DNA of 64,000 bases from Macrostomum lignano. Taxonomy: Eukaryota. The stretch covers positions 62,001 to 126,000 of the forward strand of contig NIVC01000110.1 in assembly GCA_002269645.1 (NCBI GenBank), written 5' to 3'. Below, in pieces: positions 11,213 to 44,474 of this stretch (position 1 is its first letter; each line of letters opens with the position of its first letter). The notes beneath the pieces are model-generated. The model searched no databases. It was not told where the DNA came from and saw only the letters and a program-made list of their open reading frames with translations. Both the position numbers and the translations under genes were made by a program.

Positions 11213-12832
11213 ATGCTGTACGTGCCGTCCTACATGAGCCCGAGCTTCGGCGGGGGCGGCGGCGGTCACCATCATCATCTGGACGATGACAGGAGAAACA
11301 GCGGCTACGGCGGCGGCGGCGGCGGTGGCGGCGGAGGCGGCGGAGGCGGCATGATCGGCTGGCAGCAGAGCGCGCAGCAGTCGGCGGGGCTGCTCAGCCG
11401 GTCGAGCTTTCGCAGCGGCGGCGGCGGCGGCAGGAGGCGCGGGAAGAACAGCTGGGCCTCGGTCGCTGGAGGCGGCGGAAGTCATCAGGTGCGATTCGAG
11501 CCGACGCTGTCGCACCTGCCGCAGCGGAGGCCGCGGCTTTGCAGGTCCGGCAGCAACAAAGACTCCGTTGATGATAACAAAGACTTGCAGGGAGGCGAAG
11601 AGGCAGAACAGTCGGACGAGGACGCTGAGCCAGTAGCGTCCGTTCGAGCTTCATCAGCGGCCAAATGCGTCGCGCCTCCCGTCAGGAGCTTCCACGACTG
11701 CCACCTGCTAGGCTGCGAGCGAGTCCGGCTCAATGTGTCCGGCATGCACTTCGAGACCCGCCTGGGCGTGCTCAACCAGCACCCCAGGACCCTGCTGGGC
11801 AATCCGCAGAAGCGGGCCCCGTACTACGATGCCAAACACCGGGAGTACTTCTTGGACAGGCACCGGCCCACCTTCGAAGCCATATTTAATTATTATCTCT
11901 ACGGCGGCAAGCTGAAGCGACCACCGACTGTCACGGACGACATCTTCCTGTCCGAGTTGGAGTTCTACGAGATCGAGCGCGAGGTGGTGGACGCCTACAA
12001 GAAGGACGAGGGCTACATCTCGGAGACTGTCGTCCTCCCGGATCACCCGGTGAAGAGGCGCATCTGGATGCTGTTCGAGTACCCGGAGACCAGCACCCCG
12101 GCGTTCTTTGTCGCCATCGTGTCGGTGCTCTTCACCGTGGTGTCCATCATCCTATTCTGCGTTGAGACGCTCAAAGAGTTCAAAGATTCGCACTGTGTCG
12201 GCGACGAGATGCCGAACTTCCTGGATCCGTTCTTCATCATTGAAACTGCGTGCACCGCATGGTTCACCCTGGAGCTGCTGGTCAGGTTCAGCGTCTGCCC
12301 GTCCAAGCAGGCCTTCATCAAGGACATGAAGAACGCCGTGGACTTCTCGGCCATAGTTCCCTATTACGTCACCCTGACAAACGTGCTCATCACCATGAGC
12401 TGCGAAGGCGCCAAGTCCAGTGCTTCGCTCGCCTTCCTGCGAGTTGTCCGCCTCATCCGGGTGTTCAAGCTCACCAAGCACTTCGACGGCCTGCAGGTTC
12501 TCGTGCTCACCTTCCGGGCCAGCATTGAAGGCCTGGGGTTATTCCTAGTGGCTCTGGTTGTCTGCATCTTGCTGTTCTCATCCACCATCTATTATGTGGA
12601 GAGCGAGGTAAAGGGCTCGCAGATCGAGAGCATCCCGGACGCGTTCTGGTGGGCGGTGATCACCATGTGCACTGTGGGCTACGGCGACAAGGTGCCGAAG
12701 GGCCCGCTGGGCAAACTGGTGGGCTCCGTGTGCGCAGTGGCCGGGGTGTTGACTCTGGCCATTCCCGTGCCCATCATCACGGAGAACTTCAACAAGTTCT
12801 ACACGCACAAGACTGGACGAGGCAGGCACTGA
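11213..12832 (+). CDS. Sh: Shaker/Kv1-family voltage-gated potassium channel, single coding exon, 539 aa
   Basis: Kv1-type T1 domain (ERVRLNVSGMHFET..LLGNP..EYFLDRHRPTFEAIFNYY..GGKLKRP), S1-S6, S4 RVVRLIRVFKLTKH, pore DAFWWAVITMCTVGYGD, S6 LAIPVPII. Poly-Gly/His N-terminus and very short C-terminus. Confidence 0.95.
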   Translation: MLYVPSYMSPSFGGGGGGHHHHLDDDRRNSGYGGGGGGGGGGGGGGMIGWQQSAQQSAGLLSRSSFRSGGGGGRRRGKNSWASVAGGGGSHQVRFEPTLSHLPQRRPRLCRSGSNKDSVDDNKDLQGGEEAEQSDEDAEPVASVRASSAAKCVAPPVRSFHDCHLLGCERVRLNVSGMHFETRLGVLNQHPRTLLGNPQKRAPYYDAKHREYFLDRHRPTFEAIFNYYLYGGKLKRPPTVTDDIFLSELEFYEIEREVVDAYKKDEGYISETVVLPDHPVKRRIWMLFEYPETSTPAFFVAIVSVLFTVVSIILFCVETLKEFKDSHCVGDEMPNFLDPFFIIETACTAWFTLELLVRFSVCPSKQAFIKDMKNAVDFSAIVPYYVTLTNVLITMSCEGAKSSASLAFLRVVRLIRVFKLTKHFDGLQVLVLTFRASIEGLGLFLVALVVCILLFSSTIYYVESEVKGSQIESIPDAFWWAVITMCTVGYGDKVPKGPLGKLVGSVCAVAGVLTLAIPVPIITENFNKFYTHKTGRGRH

Positions 12833-12950
12833 CTGGTCAGCTGGTGGTGGCAATCGCCTCAGGGATTCCTTAGCCTGAGTCTCCCAAATACTGTATCTGC
12901 AAAATGTTTTTTGTAAAAAAAAACAACTAATCTAGCGATCACGGTATTCA

Positions 12951-13500
12951 AATCTCCCCAAATCTCACCGAATATCTCCGAATCCCCTCAAGTCTACCTG
13001 AATCTCCCCGAATCCCCCGAATCTCCCCGAATCTCCTTGAATCCCCTCAAATCTACCCAAATCCCTCCGAATCTCCCCAAATCTCCCGCAATCTCCCGAA
13101 ATCTCTCCGAATCTTCCCAAATCTCCCCGAATCTCCCCAAATCTCCCCGAATCTCCTCGCATCTCCCATGCAGAATCTCCCCGAATCTCCTCGCATCTCC
13201 CATGCAGAATCTCCCCGAATCTCCCAAAATCTCCCCGAATCTCCCCGAATCTCCCCGAATCCCCTCAAAACTCCCCAAATCTCCCTGAATCTCCCCGAAT
13301 CCCCTCAAAACTCCCCAAATCTCCCCGAATCTCCCCGAATCCCCTCAAAACTCCCCAAAACTCCCCGAATCTCCCCGAATCCCCTCAAAACTCCCCAAAT
13401 CTCCCCGAATCGCTCCGAATCCCCTTAAATCTCCCGAATCTTTCAGAATTTTCCTAAACCTCCTCAAATCCTCCTGGATCTCACAAATCTCCTAAATCTC
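12951..13500 (+). repeat. Degenerate 10-bp satellite (AATCTCCCCG), duplication copy 1
   Basis: Direct reading. Confidence 0.9.
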
Positions 13501-14121
13501 TCCCAAAGTTCGTATGGAACGAACCAATGTTTTCATGAATTAAACAAAAAAATCTCTTGGGCCACTTCTGCTTTAGTATTATAGCACCGTAGATAAACTA
13601 GTAAATCTGACACTAGTAAATTTGTCTAAAGAACCAGTTAAAATGCAAATTGTTAATTCATTTTTCGTATAAATTTAACATACTTTTGTTATTGTTGTGA
13701 TCGAGCACCGCTATACTCTCGTTGTAAATATAACAAAAACTCCTACGATCCTATAATCAGATTTTAAATCTGAACCTACAGGGAACTTTTGGTTCCTCCG
13801 ATTCAGCGCCAAAGCCCCCCCCCCCCCCAACTGCAGAGGCCAAAGCTTCTGACCCAAATCTAAAAAGCAAATTTGCCGCTACTAAACAAAAATGATACAT
13901 GTGGCGAGAATCGCGGATCAATGCAGTGCATGCATCCAAATTCCAGGATTAAATATAGAATCTTAAGAAAGGGCAAACTCTCTCCCTCTCACTCCCCAAA
14001 TCCTCATGAGGGATTTCCGAAAAAATCCTCACAATTTTCCTCCTTAGAATGCAAATTTCTTTTCATAATGCCCCCCATCGCCTGGGGGGGGTGGGGTTGG
14101 GTGCGGCGAATACCAAAAACG

Positions 14122-14350
14122 GAGTGCCTGCGGCGCCAAAATGAGTGCCTGCGGCGTCAAAATGAGTGCCTGCGGCGCCAAAATGAGTGCCTGCGGCGTC
14201 AAAATGAGTGCCTGCGGCGCCAAAATGAGTGCCTGCGGCGCCAAAATGAGTGCCTGCAGCGCCAAAATGAGTGCCTGCGGCGCCAAAATGGGTGCCTGCA
14301 GCGCCAAAATGAGTGCCTGCAGCACCAAAATGAGTGCCTGCGGCGCCAAA
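14122..14350 (+). repeat. 21-bp minisatellite (GAGTGCCTGCGGCGCCAAAAT), about 11 copies
   Basis: Direct reading. Confidence 0.95.
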
Positions 14351-14885
14351 AGTGGCGATGGCATAAGGCACGGCCAGCCAGACCAACCCGCCCCCCCCCC
14401 AATTGAACTTCCTGGCTACGCCACGGATGCCCGCGGATGCCAGTCTAAAATATTCAGATTTACCATTTTTTCAACTTCGATACGAGAGCTGAGCATAAAA
14501 CTTTCCTAGCCGAGAATTTTAATTTCTATCGCGAAGATTTGCTACTACAGTTCTGGCAAAGGATACAAATACAAACTCATCCTTGATTTTCATAGCCTCT
14601 GAACGGTTTTCAATTTATTGCAGTCTATCAATATTTTATCTGTCTGGGGCCCTCCTTCGATAAAATTTATGAATTCGCCGAGATTCAACTAAAAAATATA
14701 GCAGATATTTTGAAGAACTGTTAAATTTTAAACTTTTACTTTTCTCTAATTTCACTGGCTTGGAAATTTTCCATTTTAGGTAGACAATTTTTAAAAAGAT
14801 TTCTAAGAAACTTCAACATTTCTTTCGATACATATCGTTGTTTCATTATAGCTCGTATGAGACCCACCACATCGGTTAGACAGTT

Positions 14886-15545
<660 letters not shown>

Positions 15546-16168
15546 TCCCAAAGTTCGTATGGAACGAACCAATGTTTTCATGAATTAAACAAAAAAATCT
15601 CTTGGGCCACTTCTGCTTTAGTATTATAGCACCGTAGATAAACTAGTAAATCTGACACTAGTAAATTTGTCTAAAGAACCAGTTAAAATGCAAATTGTTA
15701 ATTCATTTTTCGTATAAATTTAACATACTTTTGTTATTGTTGTGATCGAGCACCGCTATACTCTCGTTGTAAATATAACAAAAACTCCTACGATCCTATA
15801 ATCAGATTTTAAATCTGAACCTACAGGGAACTTTTGGTTCCTCCGATTCAGCGCCAAAGCCCCCCCCCCCCCCCAACTGCAGAGGCCAAAGCTTCTGACC
15901 CAAATCTAAAAAGCAAATTTGCCGCTACTAAACAAAAATGATACATGTGGCGAGAATCGCGGATCAATGCAGTGCATGCATCCAAATTCCAGGATTAAAT
16001 ATAGAATCTTAAGAAAGGGCAAACTCTCTCCCTCTCACTCCCCAAATCCTCATGAGGGATTTCCGAAAAAATCCTCACAATTTTCCTCCTTAGAATGCAA
16101 ATTTCTTTTCATAATGCCCCCCATCGCCTGGGGGGGGGTGGGGTTGGGTGCGGCGAATACCAAAAACG

Positions 16169-16943
16169 GAGTGCCTGCGGCGCTAACATGAGTGCCTGCG
16201 GCGCTAACATGAGTGCCTGCGGCGCTAAAATGAGTGCCTGCGGCGCCAAAATGAGTGCCTGCGGCGCCAAAATGAGTGCCTGCGGCGCTAAAATGAGTGC
16301 CTGCGACGCCAAAATGAGTGCCTGCGGCGCCAAAATGAGTGCCTGCAGCGCCAAAATGAGTGCCTGCGGCGCCAAAATGAGTGCCTGCGGCGCCAAAATG
16401 AGTGCCTGCGGCGTCAAAATGAGTGCCTGCGGCGCCAAAATGAGTGCCTGCGGCGCCAAAATGAGTGCCTGCAGCGCCAAAATGAGTGCCTGCAGCACCA
16501 AAATGAGTGCCTGCGGCGCCAAAATGAGTGTCTGCGGCGCCAAAATGAGTGCCTGCAGCGCCAAAATGAGTGCCTGCAGCGCCAAAATGAGTGCCTGCGG
16601 CGCCAAAATGAGTGCCTGCGGCGCCAAAATGAGTGCCTGCGGCGTCAAAATGAGTGCCTGCGGCGCCAAAATGAGTGCCTGCGGCGCCAAAATGAGTGCC
16701 TGCAGCGCCAAAATGAGTGCCTGCAGCACCAAAATGAGTGCCTGCAGTACCAAAATGAGTGCCTGCGGCGCCAAAATGAGTGTCTGCGGCGCCAAAATGA
16801 GTGCCTGCAGCGCCAAAATGAGTGCCTGCGGCGCCAAAATGAGTGCCTGCAGCGCCAAAATGAGTGCCTGCGGCGCCAAAATGGGTGCCTGCAGCGCCAA
16901 AATGAGTGCCTGCAGCACCAAAATGAGTGCCTGCGGCGCCAAA
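16169..16943 (+). repeat. 21-bp minisatellite (GAGTGCCTGCGGCGCCAAAAT), about 37 copies
   Basis: Direct reading. Confidence 0.95.
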
Positions 16944-17473
16944 AGTGGCGATGGCATAAGGCACGGCCAGCCAGACTAACCCGCCCCCCCCCCCAATTGA
17001 ACTTCCTGGCTACGCCACGGATGCCCGCGGATGCCAGTCTAAAATATTCAGATTTACCATTTTTTCAACTTCGATACGAGAGCTGAGCATAAAACTTTCC
17101 TAGCCGAGAATTTTAATTTCTATCGCGAAGATTTGCTACTACAGTTCTGGCAAAGGATACAAATACAAACTCATCCTTGATTTTCATAGCCTCTGAACGG
17201 TTTTCAATTTATTGCAGTCTATCAATATTTTATCTGTCTGGGGCCCTCCTTCGATAAAATTTATGAATTCGCCGAGATTCAACTAAAAAAATACAGCAGA
17301 TATTTTGAAGAACTGTGAAATTTTAAACTCTTACTTTTCTCTAATTTCACAGGCTTGGAAATTTTCCATTTTGGGTAGACACTTTTTAAAAAAATTTCTA
17401 AGAAACTTCAACATTTCTTTCGATACATATCGTTGTTTCATTATAGCTCGTATGAGGCCCACCACATCGGTTA

Positions 17474-18600
<1,127 letters not shown>

Positions 18601-19219
18601 GCGGACACATTCAACAAATGTAAGAATTTTTGTTAAAATTTTGGCCCGCAGATCATAGGCCAACTGCAAGGTAAAAACGTTTATTATAAACTTCATAAAA
18701 TGCAAGTTTGTTAGCAAATACTGTTTACATGACAGGCTCCGTTTTAAATGAAAAAAAGGAGTTTAACGATTTTCAATCAATTGCATGACAACAAACTTTT
18801 TTTCTTCAGAAAATCACGTTAAAACAAATGCAATTTCATTTGAAAACAGACGAAAAATGCTTTAAATGAAAAAAGGACTTTTTACGTATTGCAGCTCGCC
18901 ACATGCAGCTGGCATGGGAGTTTGAATGAGTTTTGGAGCCTCAGAATATGGGATTTTGTGCGTTTATATTTGACTCGCTACCGGTAGACACTATTTTAAG
19001 TACTAGCTCCAGTTGATGGCTCCTCCCAAGTTGATGAGCTGATATCCGTAAGGGTGTGCTGAAAAAGAAATGTATATTTTATTTGCATTTTCATGTCTTT
19101 CTGTCTGCCTGTACGTCGGTCTGCTTATTAATATTACATGTAAATACATATGTGCGGCTACTATGCAGTATGAGCAGCTTACCCTTTTCACAATCTAGCT
19201 TAAACTTTAGCTTGCTAGA

Positions 19220-19293
19220 CTACTGCCCAGTAAGTACGCTCGTAAGTAGTCGATCGCAAATCTTGGCGAAGAGGTCAACAAATGCGTTCAAGT
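19220..19293 (-). CDS. Possible terminal exon of the cupredoxin/FN3 gene (NLNAFVDLFAKICDRLLTSVLTGQ*)
   Basis: Strong acceptor ttttttcacttttcag. Only the phase-1 frame, which matches the 21585 donor, stays open to a stop. No homology support. Confidence 0.3.
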
Positions 19294-21584
19294 CTGAAAA
19301 GTGAAAAAATTAAACCAGTTATAGCGACACCACAAGCTCAAGTACAGCTTTTTAATTTGATTTGCTGTTTTAAAGTTTAATTTTGAATAAAAAAAGAAAG
19401 AAAAAAGATGTAGATGCAAACTTCTCTATGTTGCTTTGCTCTCCGAGAAAATTTCATAACGCAAATACTCTCATAGCTAATATGTATTTCTAAAATTTGT
19501 GCACCCATTAAGGTTTTTTAGAAATAAGAAACTCTGATCGAGCAATGAAAATCGTTTTCATCGTGCGATCCCTTCTTTTGGTGCCGAGAACAAAATAAAA
19601 TATGGGTTTCACAAAAATTACAAAAAATCAATAGAATTGTTTATAAAAAGCAGAATGTGTTTTACGAATATTTCGGTCTGTTATTACACTGTGCATTTAT
19701 AACAAAAACTAGATGTTAGATTTTTAGGGTAAATTCAAAGGCTTTATTTTTGTAAGTACAAGTACAGCACTATTACGTTTTTGAACATTTTAAGGGCTTA
19801 AAGTTTTCGAACGATATCAGTACCGGACATTGATTTAAAGTTTATCGAATTGGGTAATAATTAGTATAACCTGTCTTTAAATTTGCGGTACTGATGTTTC
19901 CGGAAACTATCAAAGCCTTCAAAAATTTCATGAGAGCTTAAGTTTTTCATGTTTACAATTCTATTGCTCCCAATTGTATAATTTGCGTTCGATTTTCATT
20001 TTTCGACATTCGAAAAACAAACTAAGCAAATAATGCAAGCGAAAAAGTTTTTTAATTGAGCATACGACTCGTATTTTCAGCGGAAGAAAAATTTTGAGGA
20101 AAAAGACAGACGTTTTAGTCGTGGGTATTTAAAAATTATCTTTTTTACAGTTTTTCATATCGAAATTTTCAGATTTGTCAGACGACGAAGAACTAGTTTA
20201 TTTATTTTGCATCCATAGCGGCTATTCCTTCGGTAGTCTCTAATGTAAAAAAGTTTTTTAAATGGTCTAAATCTTTCATTTCAGCTAGTCTTTAAGTTTT
20301 TTGAGGCTAACCACCGCCCCCTTTACTCTATTTGTGTAAATTTAATTTAAAATAAAAATATAGTCGCATCAATATAATTGTAAGTCGATGATAAAAACCC
20401 GAGTGTGCGCGCAAAAAATTTTGGAAAAAATTTGGAAAGCGGTCCGAGATCGAGAGTGGGGAAACCCCAAAGTGTACGGAAATAGTGCTTTAGATTGGAG
20501 AGTCTGGGCAGCTTATTTACCAAGGGCGAGGCTCCTATCAGGAGTCACCAGAACCTCCTAATAGGGTTGCGAGCCTCAAGGCTTTTTCACTCAAGGCTCA
20601 AGTCCCGTTCTAGCTAGAAACTTAGAAAAGTTTTTTTTTGGAATGCACATCACCTCCGGTGAGGGCACTTTGGGATGGAGCTACCCGACGGCAGGTCAAT
20701 TGGATATTGCGCACAACCCGAGAAATGCCGCCAGAAGGCAGCCAGGGTAAAAACAGTCAGAGACCGTCTAAAACTTTTAGACTAACGCTGCATTTATAAA
20801 TACCGCCTATAGTGAGCATTAGCTTAATTTAATTTGTTGGAATTCATAAACAACTTCTTTGTCTAATTATTGTCAATACTCTCGTAAAAATCCTAGTGCA
20901 AAACGGAAGTGCTTGCAGGAATAATATTTTCCCACGTGCCAAAATTAAAGCAAGCTATATAAGAGGCTAGCTAGCTATTGCGAAGCTTATAAAGACAATC
21001 TAAAAAAACTGAAGCGCATTCGTGCCTTGGCAAGATTATCTTCTCTTTTGTGCAAAAAGTCACTTTATAACTGTAGTAATAAACTTTTACGCAGCTGTTT
21101 AAAAAAACAAATCAAAGCATAAAAGGTATTTAAATAAATTCAAAAAATTTTTCGTTCAGTTTTAACGTCTTTTAGCAGTTTTGAGTCTGTCTGCAAAAGG
21201 GAGGAATCAATATATGAAAGTGTTTGAAAATTTGTTAGATATTGATTGTGAACTGTAAAATATCTAATTTAAAAGGTTTTATGTTTAGTACAAAATTATA
21301 AAGTGATACCATGTCAAGTTAACAGGAAAAAGTTTATTTTTAATATTGTCTTTATATGAAGCAACGTTTCAGGTGAAATAATTACATTGTTATGTAACTA
21401 CGTCGAGAATTATTAGAAATTAATAACGTTTGTTCTGAACGCCGTACAATTGTTAAAAAGAAATCTAAATTGCTAATAATCAAAAATCTACTAATTCTTA
21501 CATTGCACGAGGGATTAAGAATTCTATTATTCATACAAAGACAAATGACACGATCAACAAATTATCTACAAGGCCACTACTCAC

Positions 21585-39917
<18,333 letters not shown>

Positions 39918-41984
39918 TTTTATCTATTTGGCTCTGTTTATTTTTTATTGCCTTTTTTAGCGGCTATAACTGTAATTTTAGCTGGAATATAGTTAATGAT
40001 AAATACAATTTTTATTATCAATGTCATTTAACTATTGTAAATGGTTTAACTATTTTGAATAATTAAAACATTTAATCAGTAAAAACAAAATGTACAATTT
40101 TAAACCTCAACGGTCATTGTTGCAAAAATCTTATTCAAATCAACAGCTATATTATGTATGATTGAAGATTTCTCTCATGGTTTATAATCTTTAGAGTTAA
40201 GGACAAGGTACCACTTTGTTTTTAGAGTTTGTTTTTATAGATAAATATATCAAATTAATGTATAGATTTTTGTACTGTACTGTTGTTAGTTAAATTATTT
40301 ATAAATTTAGGTTTAAGCATATTGCGAAATAAAAAGATCGATAAATAATAAAATATATTGCAAATGCAACTGATTTCTCAACCACATTAGGTGCTTGTAA
40401 AACTAACAAAGATATGACCTAGACTACTGAAAAAGTATCAAAAACCTAACGTAACACTTCGAAGATATCTTATAGCGACTAACTGAGCATTATTATCGCT
40501 CAGAATTTTGGTTTTTGGTCTGTTAAAATACGCTAGAAAAATGCAGACGCGCAGACGGTGAGACGGCCAGTAGTGCTCTTTGTAAATTTTCAGTAGAAAT
40601 TTGCTGATACCTATGATACATGGATACCTACGCAAATAGATAAGAACAATCAATTTTTAATATACGGTATGGACTTTAACAACGTTTGTACTGTATTGTA
40701 TATAAAACTAAAAGCTTATAAATAAATCTAGGCTAGTTTGACTAAAACTGCCGATAATCAGTCAAATCAAATAAAGAATTTGCCTAGAGGCATTGAGAAC
40801 AACGGGTTAAAACAAAATTGTAATTTTATTAAAACATAATTGCATAAATGTGTATGGACATTATTAATTTAGAATTAAGATAAATACTTGTTGCAGTTAA
40901 TAAGAAATTAAACATTATCTTACATATTTTATTATACGCTTCACTTTCAAATTAAAGCGACCTTAGAGCTTTCAAGGGCAGTAAGATGAATTTTTAAACT
41001 GAGAATCTTATAAAATCTGATAACCTAATCTATAATTATGTGAAAGCCGTCATTAATATCAGAATATTAGACACGTTAGATTTACAATACATGTATGCAC
41101 AGGTAGAGTGCAAATTTTTAATTTAGTGCAGAAAAACGGTACGTGTACGGTAAAGTCATAGACTGTGCTTTTTGTGTTTCAACCAGTTATGTGTATTGTT
41201 TCAGCAGGCTATAAATCTCTATTGTTCAAATTATGGCATGTGCAGAGCCCTTTAATTCTTGATACATTCACATATTACGTTGAAGGCAGTAAAAATCAGC
41301 TTTTTGTTTTGTTGCATTCACTATCTAGAATAAGTACATGTCAGTAGAATCCAGGGCTTCTCTAAGATCGACAGATTTGTATTCGGTATGTATGGGTAAG
41401 CGAGGAAGTTTTTTTAACTGTCACGCTGCCGGCACCGCGAGAAGTTGCAATTACAATTAATAACTAAAATGAACATTTGGAGCAGGGCCTCTTAAAGTAT
41501 AATTTTTCATATTTACTTGCACTATATCCATTTAAAATACGCTTGTACATGTATTCAGTAGCTACATCTGAAAAACTGCATAATTTTTTTCGTTTTTGGG
41601 ATTTCCGTTGGCGTTGACCAATCATTTTTTGCAACAGCAAAAAGACCAATGACAAGTGTGTATTTTGAACGGACTGTTTTGTGCCATGCATTTGAATGTG
41701 AAAATTGACTTCTCTAGCAAAGCTGCTGGGTTGCAACCATTTTGTAACAAAATTCGAAAGAATTGTGTTAGAGAACTAAATATAAAGCTGGAAACGCTGG
41801 TACCATTTGGCATCTTAAAAATTCTACAAAAAACCTACAAAATTCATTAAAACAATAATTGCACGAGAAGAATATGGTAAGTTTTGTTCTTTCGTACTCG
41901 CCTAATACATCTACTAATTTCGTTTAATCTTGTAAAATTCATTGTCTATGAACACAGGTAGATAAAGACACTTTAAACTCATGT

Positions 41985-42505
41985 GGAGACACTTAAAACT
42001 CATGGAGACACTGAGATTCATATGGAGACACTCAAGACTCATATGGAGACACTGAGACTCACAAGGAGACACTTGAGACTCATATGGAGACACTTGAGAC
42101 TCATATGAAGACACTGAGAGACTCATATGGAGACACTTGAGACTCATATGGAGACGCTGAGATTCATATGGCAGACACTGAGAGACTCATATGGAGATAC
42201 TGAGAGACTCCTATGGAGACCCTGAGAGATTCATATGGAGACACTTGAGACTCATATGGAGACGCTGAGAGACTCACATGGAGACACTTAAGACTCATAT
42301 GAAGACACTGAGATTCATATGGCAGACACTGAGAGACTCATATGGAGATACTGAGAGACTCCTATGGAGACCCTGAGAGATTCATATGGAGACACTTGAG
42401 ACTCATATAGAGACACTGAGGCTCATATCGAGACACTGAGATTCATATGGAGGCACTGAGAGACTCGTATGGAGACACTGAGATTCATATGGAGACATTG
42501 AGACA
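41985..42505 (+). repeat. Degenerate 20-23-bp minisatellite (GAGACTCATATGGAGACACT)
   Basis: Direct reading. Confidence 0.88.
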
Positions 42506-42755
42506 CTGGAGAACTTCTTGAGTCCAATTCAATCCTACATATGTTAAATTACATGGTACTAAAGCAAATCTATTATCTCTTTATTAACGTGGCTTGCATG
42601 CATGTACAACTGTCGATCAGACTTCCAAAGCATCTACGACAGCAAGCGCTGGCAAGGACGGCAGCAAGCGGCCGGTAGCCAGTCTGCTCCAAGCCCACCA
42701 AGTGGCCAGTCTGGTTGCGGACCCTCTCGGCCCGTTGAAAGCCGAAGCCGCCGCC

Positions 42756-44288
42756 ATGGCCGCCTCAGTGTCCGCTCCCATTGGCGACCCGTCGCAGGAG
42801 GACAGCAAAGGCGACAGTCTCTGTTCTCGATGCCTATTCGTGTTCAGCCTGCTTCTAATAGCCATGGCCTTTCCATTCTCCTTGATTTTCTGTCTCCGCG
42901 TTGTGACAGACTACGAGAGGGCGGTAGTGTTTCGCTTAGGCCGCGTGCTCGGTCAAGACGGCAAGGGTCCCGGGCTGTTCTTCGTGGTGCCCTGCTGCGA
43001 TCTGGTGCGAAAAGTCGACCTGCGCACCGTGACGTTCGACGTGCCACCACAGGAGGTGCTCACGAAGGACTCCGTGACGGTGGCAGTCGATGCCGTGGTG
43101 TTCTATCGGATCTTCAGTCCGGTAGTGAGCGTCACCAATGTTGAGGACGCCGACCGATCAACCCGGCTGCTGGCTCAGACAACGCTGAGAAACGTTTTGG
43201 GAACAAAGAATCTGTCGGAGATCCTGTCCGAGCGAGAGGGCATCAGCGGCATGATGCAGGTCGGCTGGTGACTTCTGGGCTAGTGGCTTTCTTAGAAATT
43301 TGATGACGCACCTAATCTGTTAATGTGGCACCAACCTGTGAATGTGGCACCAAATCTGTTAATGTGGCACCAACCTGTGAATGTGGCACCAAATCTGTTA
43401 ATGTGGCACCAACCTGTGAATGTGGCACCAAATCTGTTAATGTGGCACCAACCTGTGAATGTGGCACCAAATCTGTTAATGTGGCACCAAATCTGTGAAT
43501 GTGGCATCAAATCTGTGAATGTGGCACCAAATCTGTGAATGTGGCACCAAATCTGTGAATGTGGCACCAAATCTGTGAATGTGGCATCAAATCTGTGAAT
43601 TTGGCACCAAATCTGTGAATGTGGCACCAAATCTGTTAATATGGCACCAACCTGTGAATGTTGCACAAAATCTGTGAATGTAGCATCAAATCTGTGAATG
43701 TGGCACCAAATCTGTGAATGTGGCATCAAATCTGTGAATGTGGCACCAAATCTGTGAATGTGGCACCAAATCTGTTAATATGGCACCAACCTGTGAATGT
43801 GGCACCAAATCTGTGAACTTGGCATTCAATCTGTGAATTTGGCACTAAATCTGTGAACTTGGCATTCAATCTGTAAATTTGGCACCAGATTTATTACAAC
43901 ATTCATCCCTGCAATCCAGGAGTGCCTCGACCTGGCCACGGACCCGTGGGGCGTCAAGGTGGAGCGGGTGGAGATCAAGGATGTCCGCCTGCCAGTCGTG
44001 CTGCAGCGCGCGATGGCGGCCGAAGCGGAAGCGGCCAGGGAGGCGCGGGCGAAGGTGATCATGGCCGAGGGTGAGCAGCGAGCGTCCAAGGCTCTGCGCG
44101 ACGCGGCAGCCGTGATTGAGCAGTCGCCGTTTGCTCTGCAGCTGCGCTATCTGCAGACTCTGAGCGCCATCTCTGCCGAGAAGAACTCAACCATCATTTT
44201 CCCGCTGCCAATGGAGGTTCTGGCTCACTTTGGCAGCGGTGGAGGCGGCTGCGGCGGTGCCCAAAAAACTGTCGAGAAGAAAGAGTGA
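42756..44288 (+). CDS. STOM: Stomatin / band 7 (SPFH) family protein; exons 42756-43259 and 43920-44288
   Basis: Motifs FPFS..YERAVVFRLGR..GPGLFFVVPC, VDLRTVTFDVPPQEVLTKDSVTVAVDAVV, STRLLAQTTLRNVLGTKNLSEILSERE, WGVKVERVEIKDVRLP, AMAAEAEAAREARAKVI, ALQLRYLQTL..EKNSTIIFPLP. Donor CAG|gtcggc, acceptor atccag|GAG, phase 0. ATG chosen for GCCGCCATGG context; an upstream start is possible. Confidence 0.93.
43315..43890 (+). repeat. 19/20-bp minisatellite (AATGTGGCACCAAATCTGTG) filling the stomatin intron
   Basis: Direct reading. Confidence 0.93.
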
Positions 44289-44474
44289 GCTCAGCGAAAC
44301 TGTACGGGTCTTGTGGTGGTAGAAGCGGGACTGGAGCTGCAAACTTTGATTTTATTTTGTAAACCAATCGCGACAAATAAGTCCGAAAATGCGCGCTCGA
44401 TTATTGCGATTCAGAATATTTTTATTGTCAATGTCAATTTGGTTTTAATATTGAAACATGTGTTGATGTTGAAG

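Noticed and set aside
13800-14430. Possible MITE ending in CCTGGCTACGCCAC (also near 17005)
   Set aside because: No matching opposite terminus or TSD was found.
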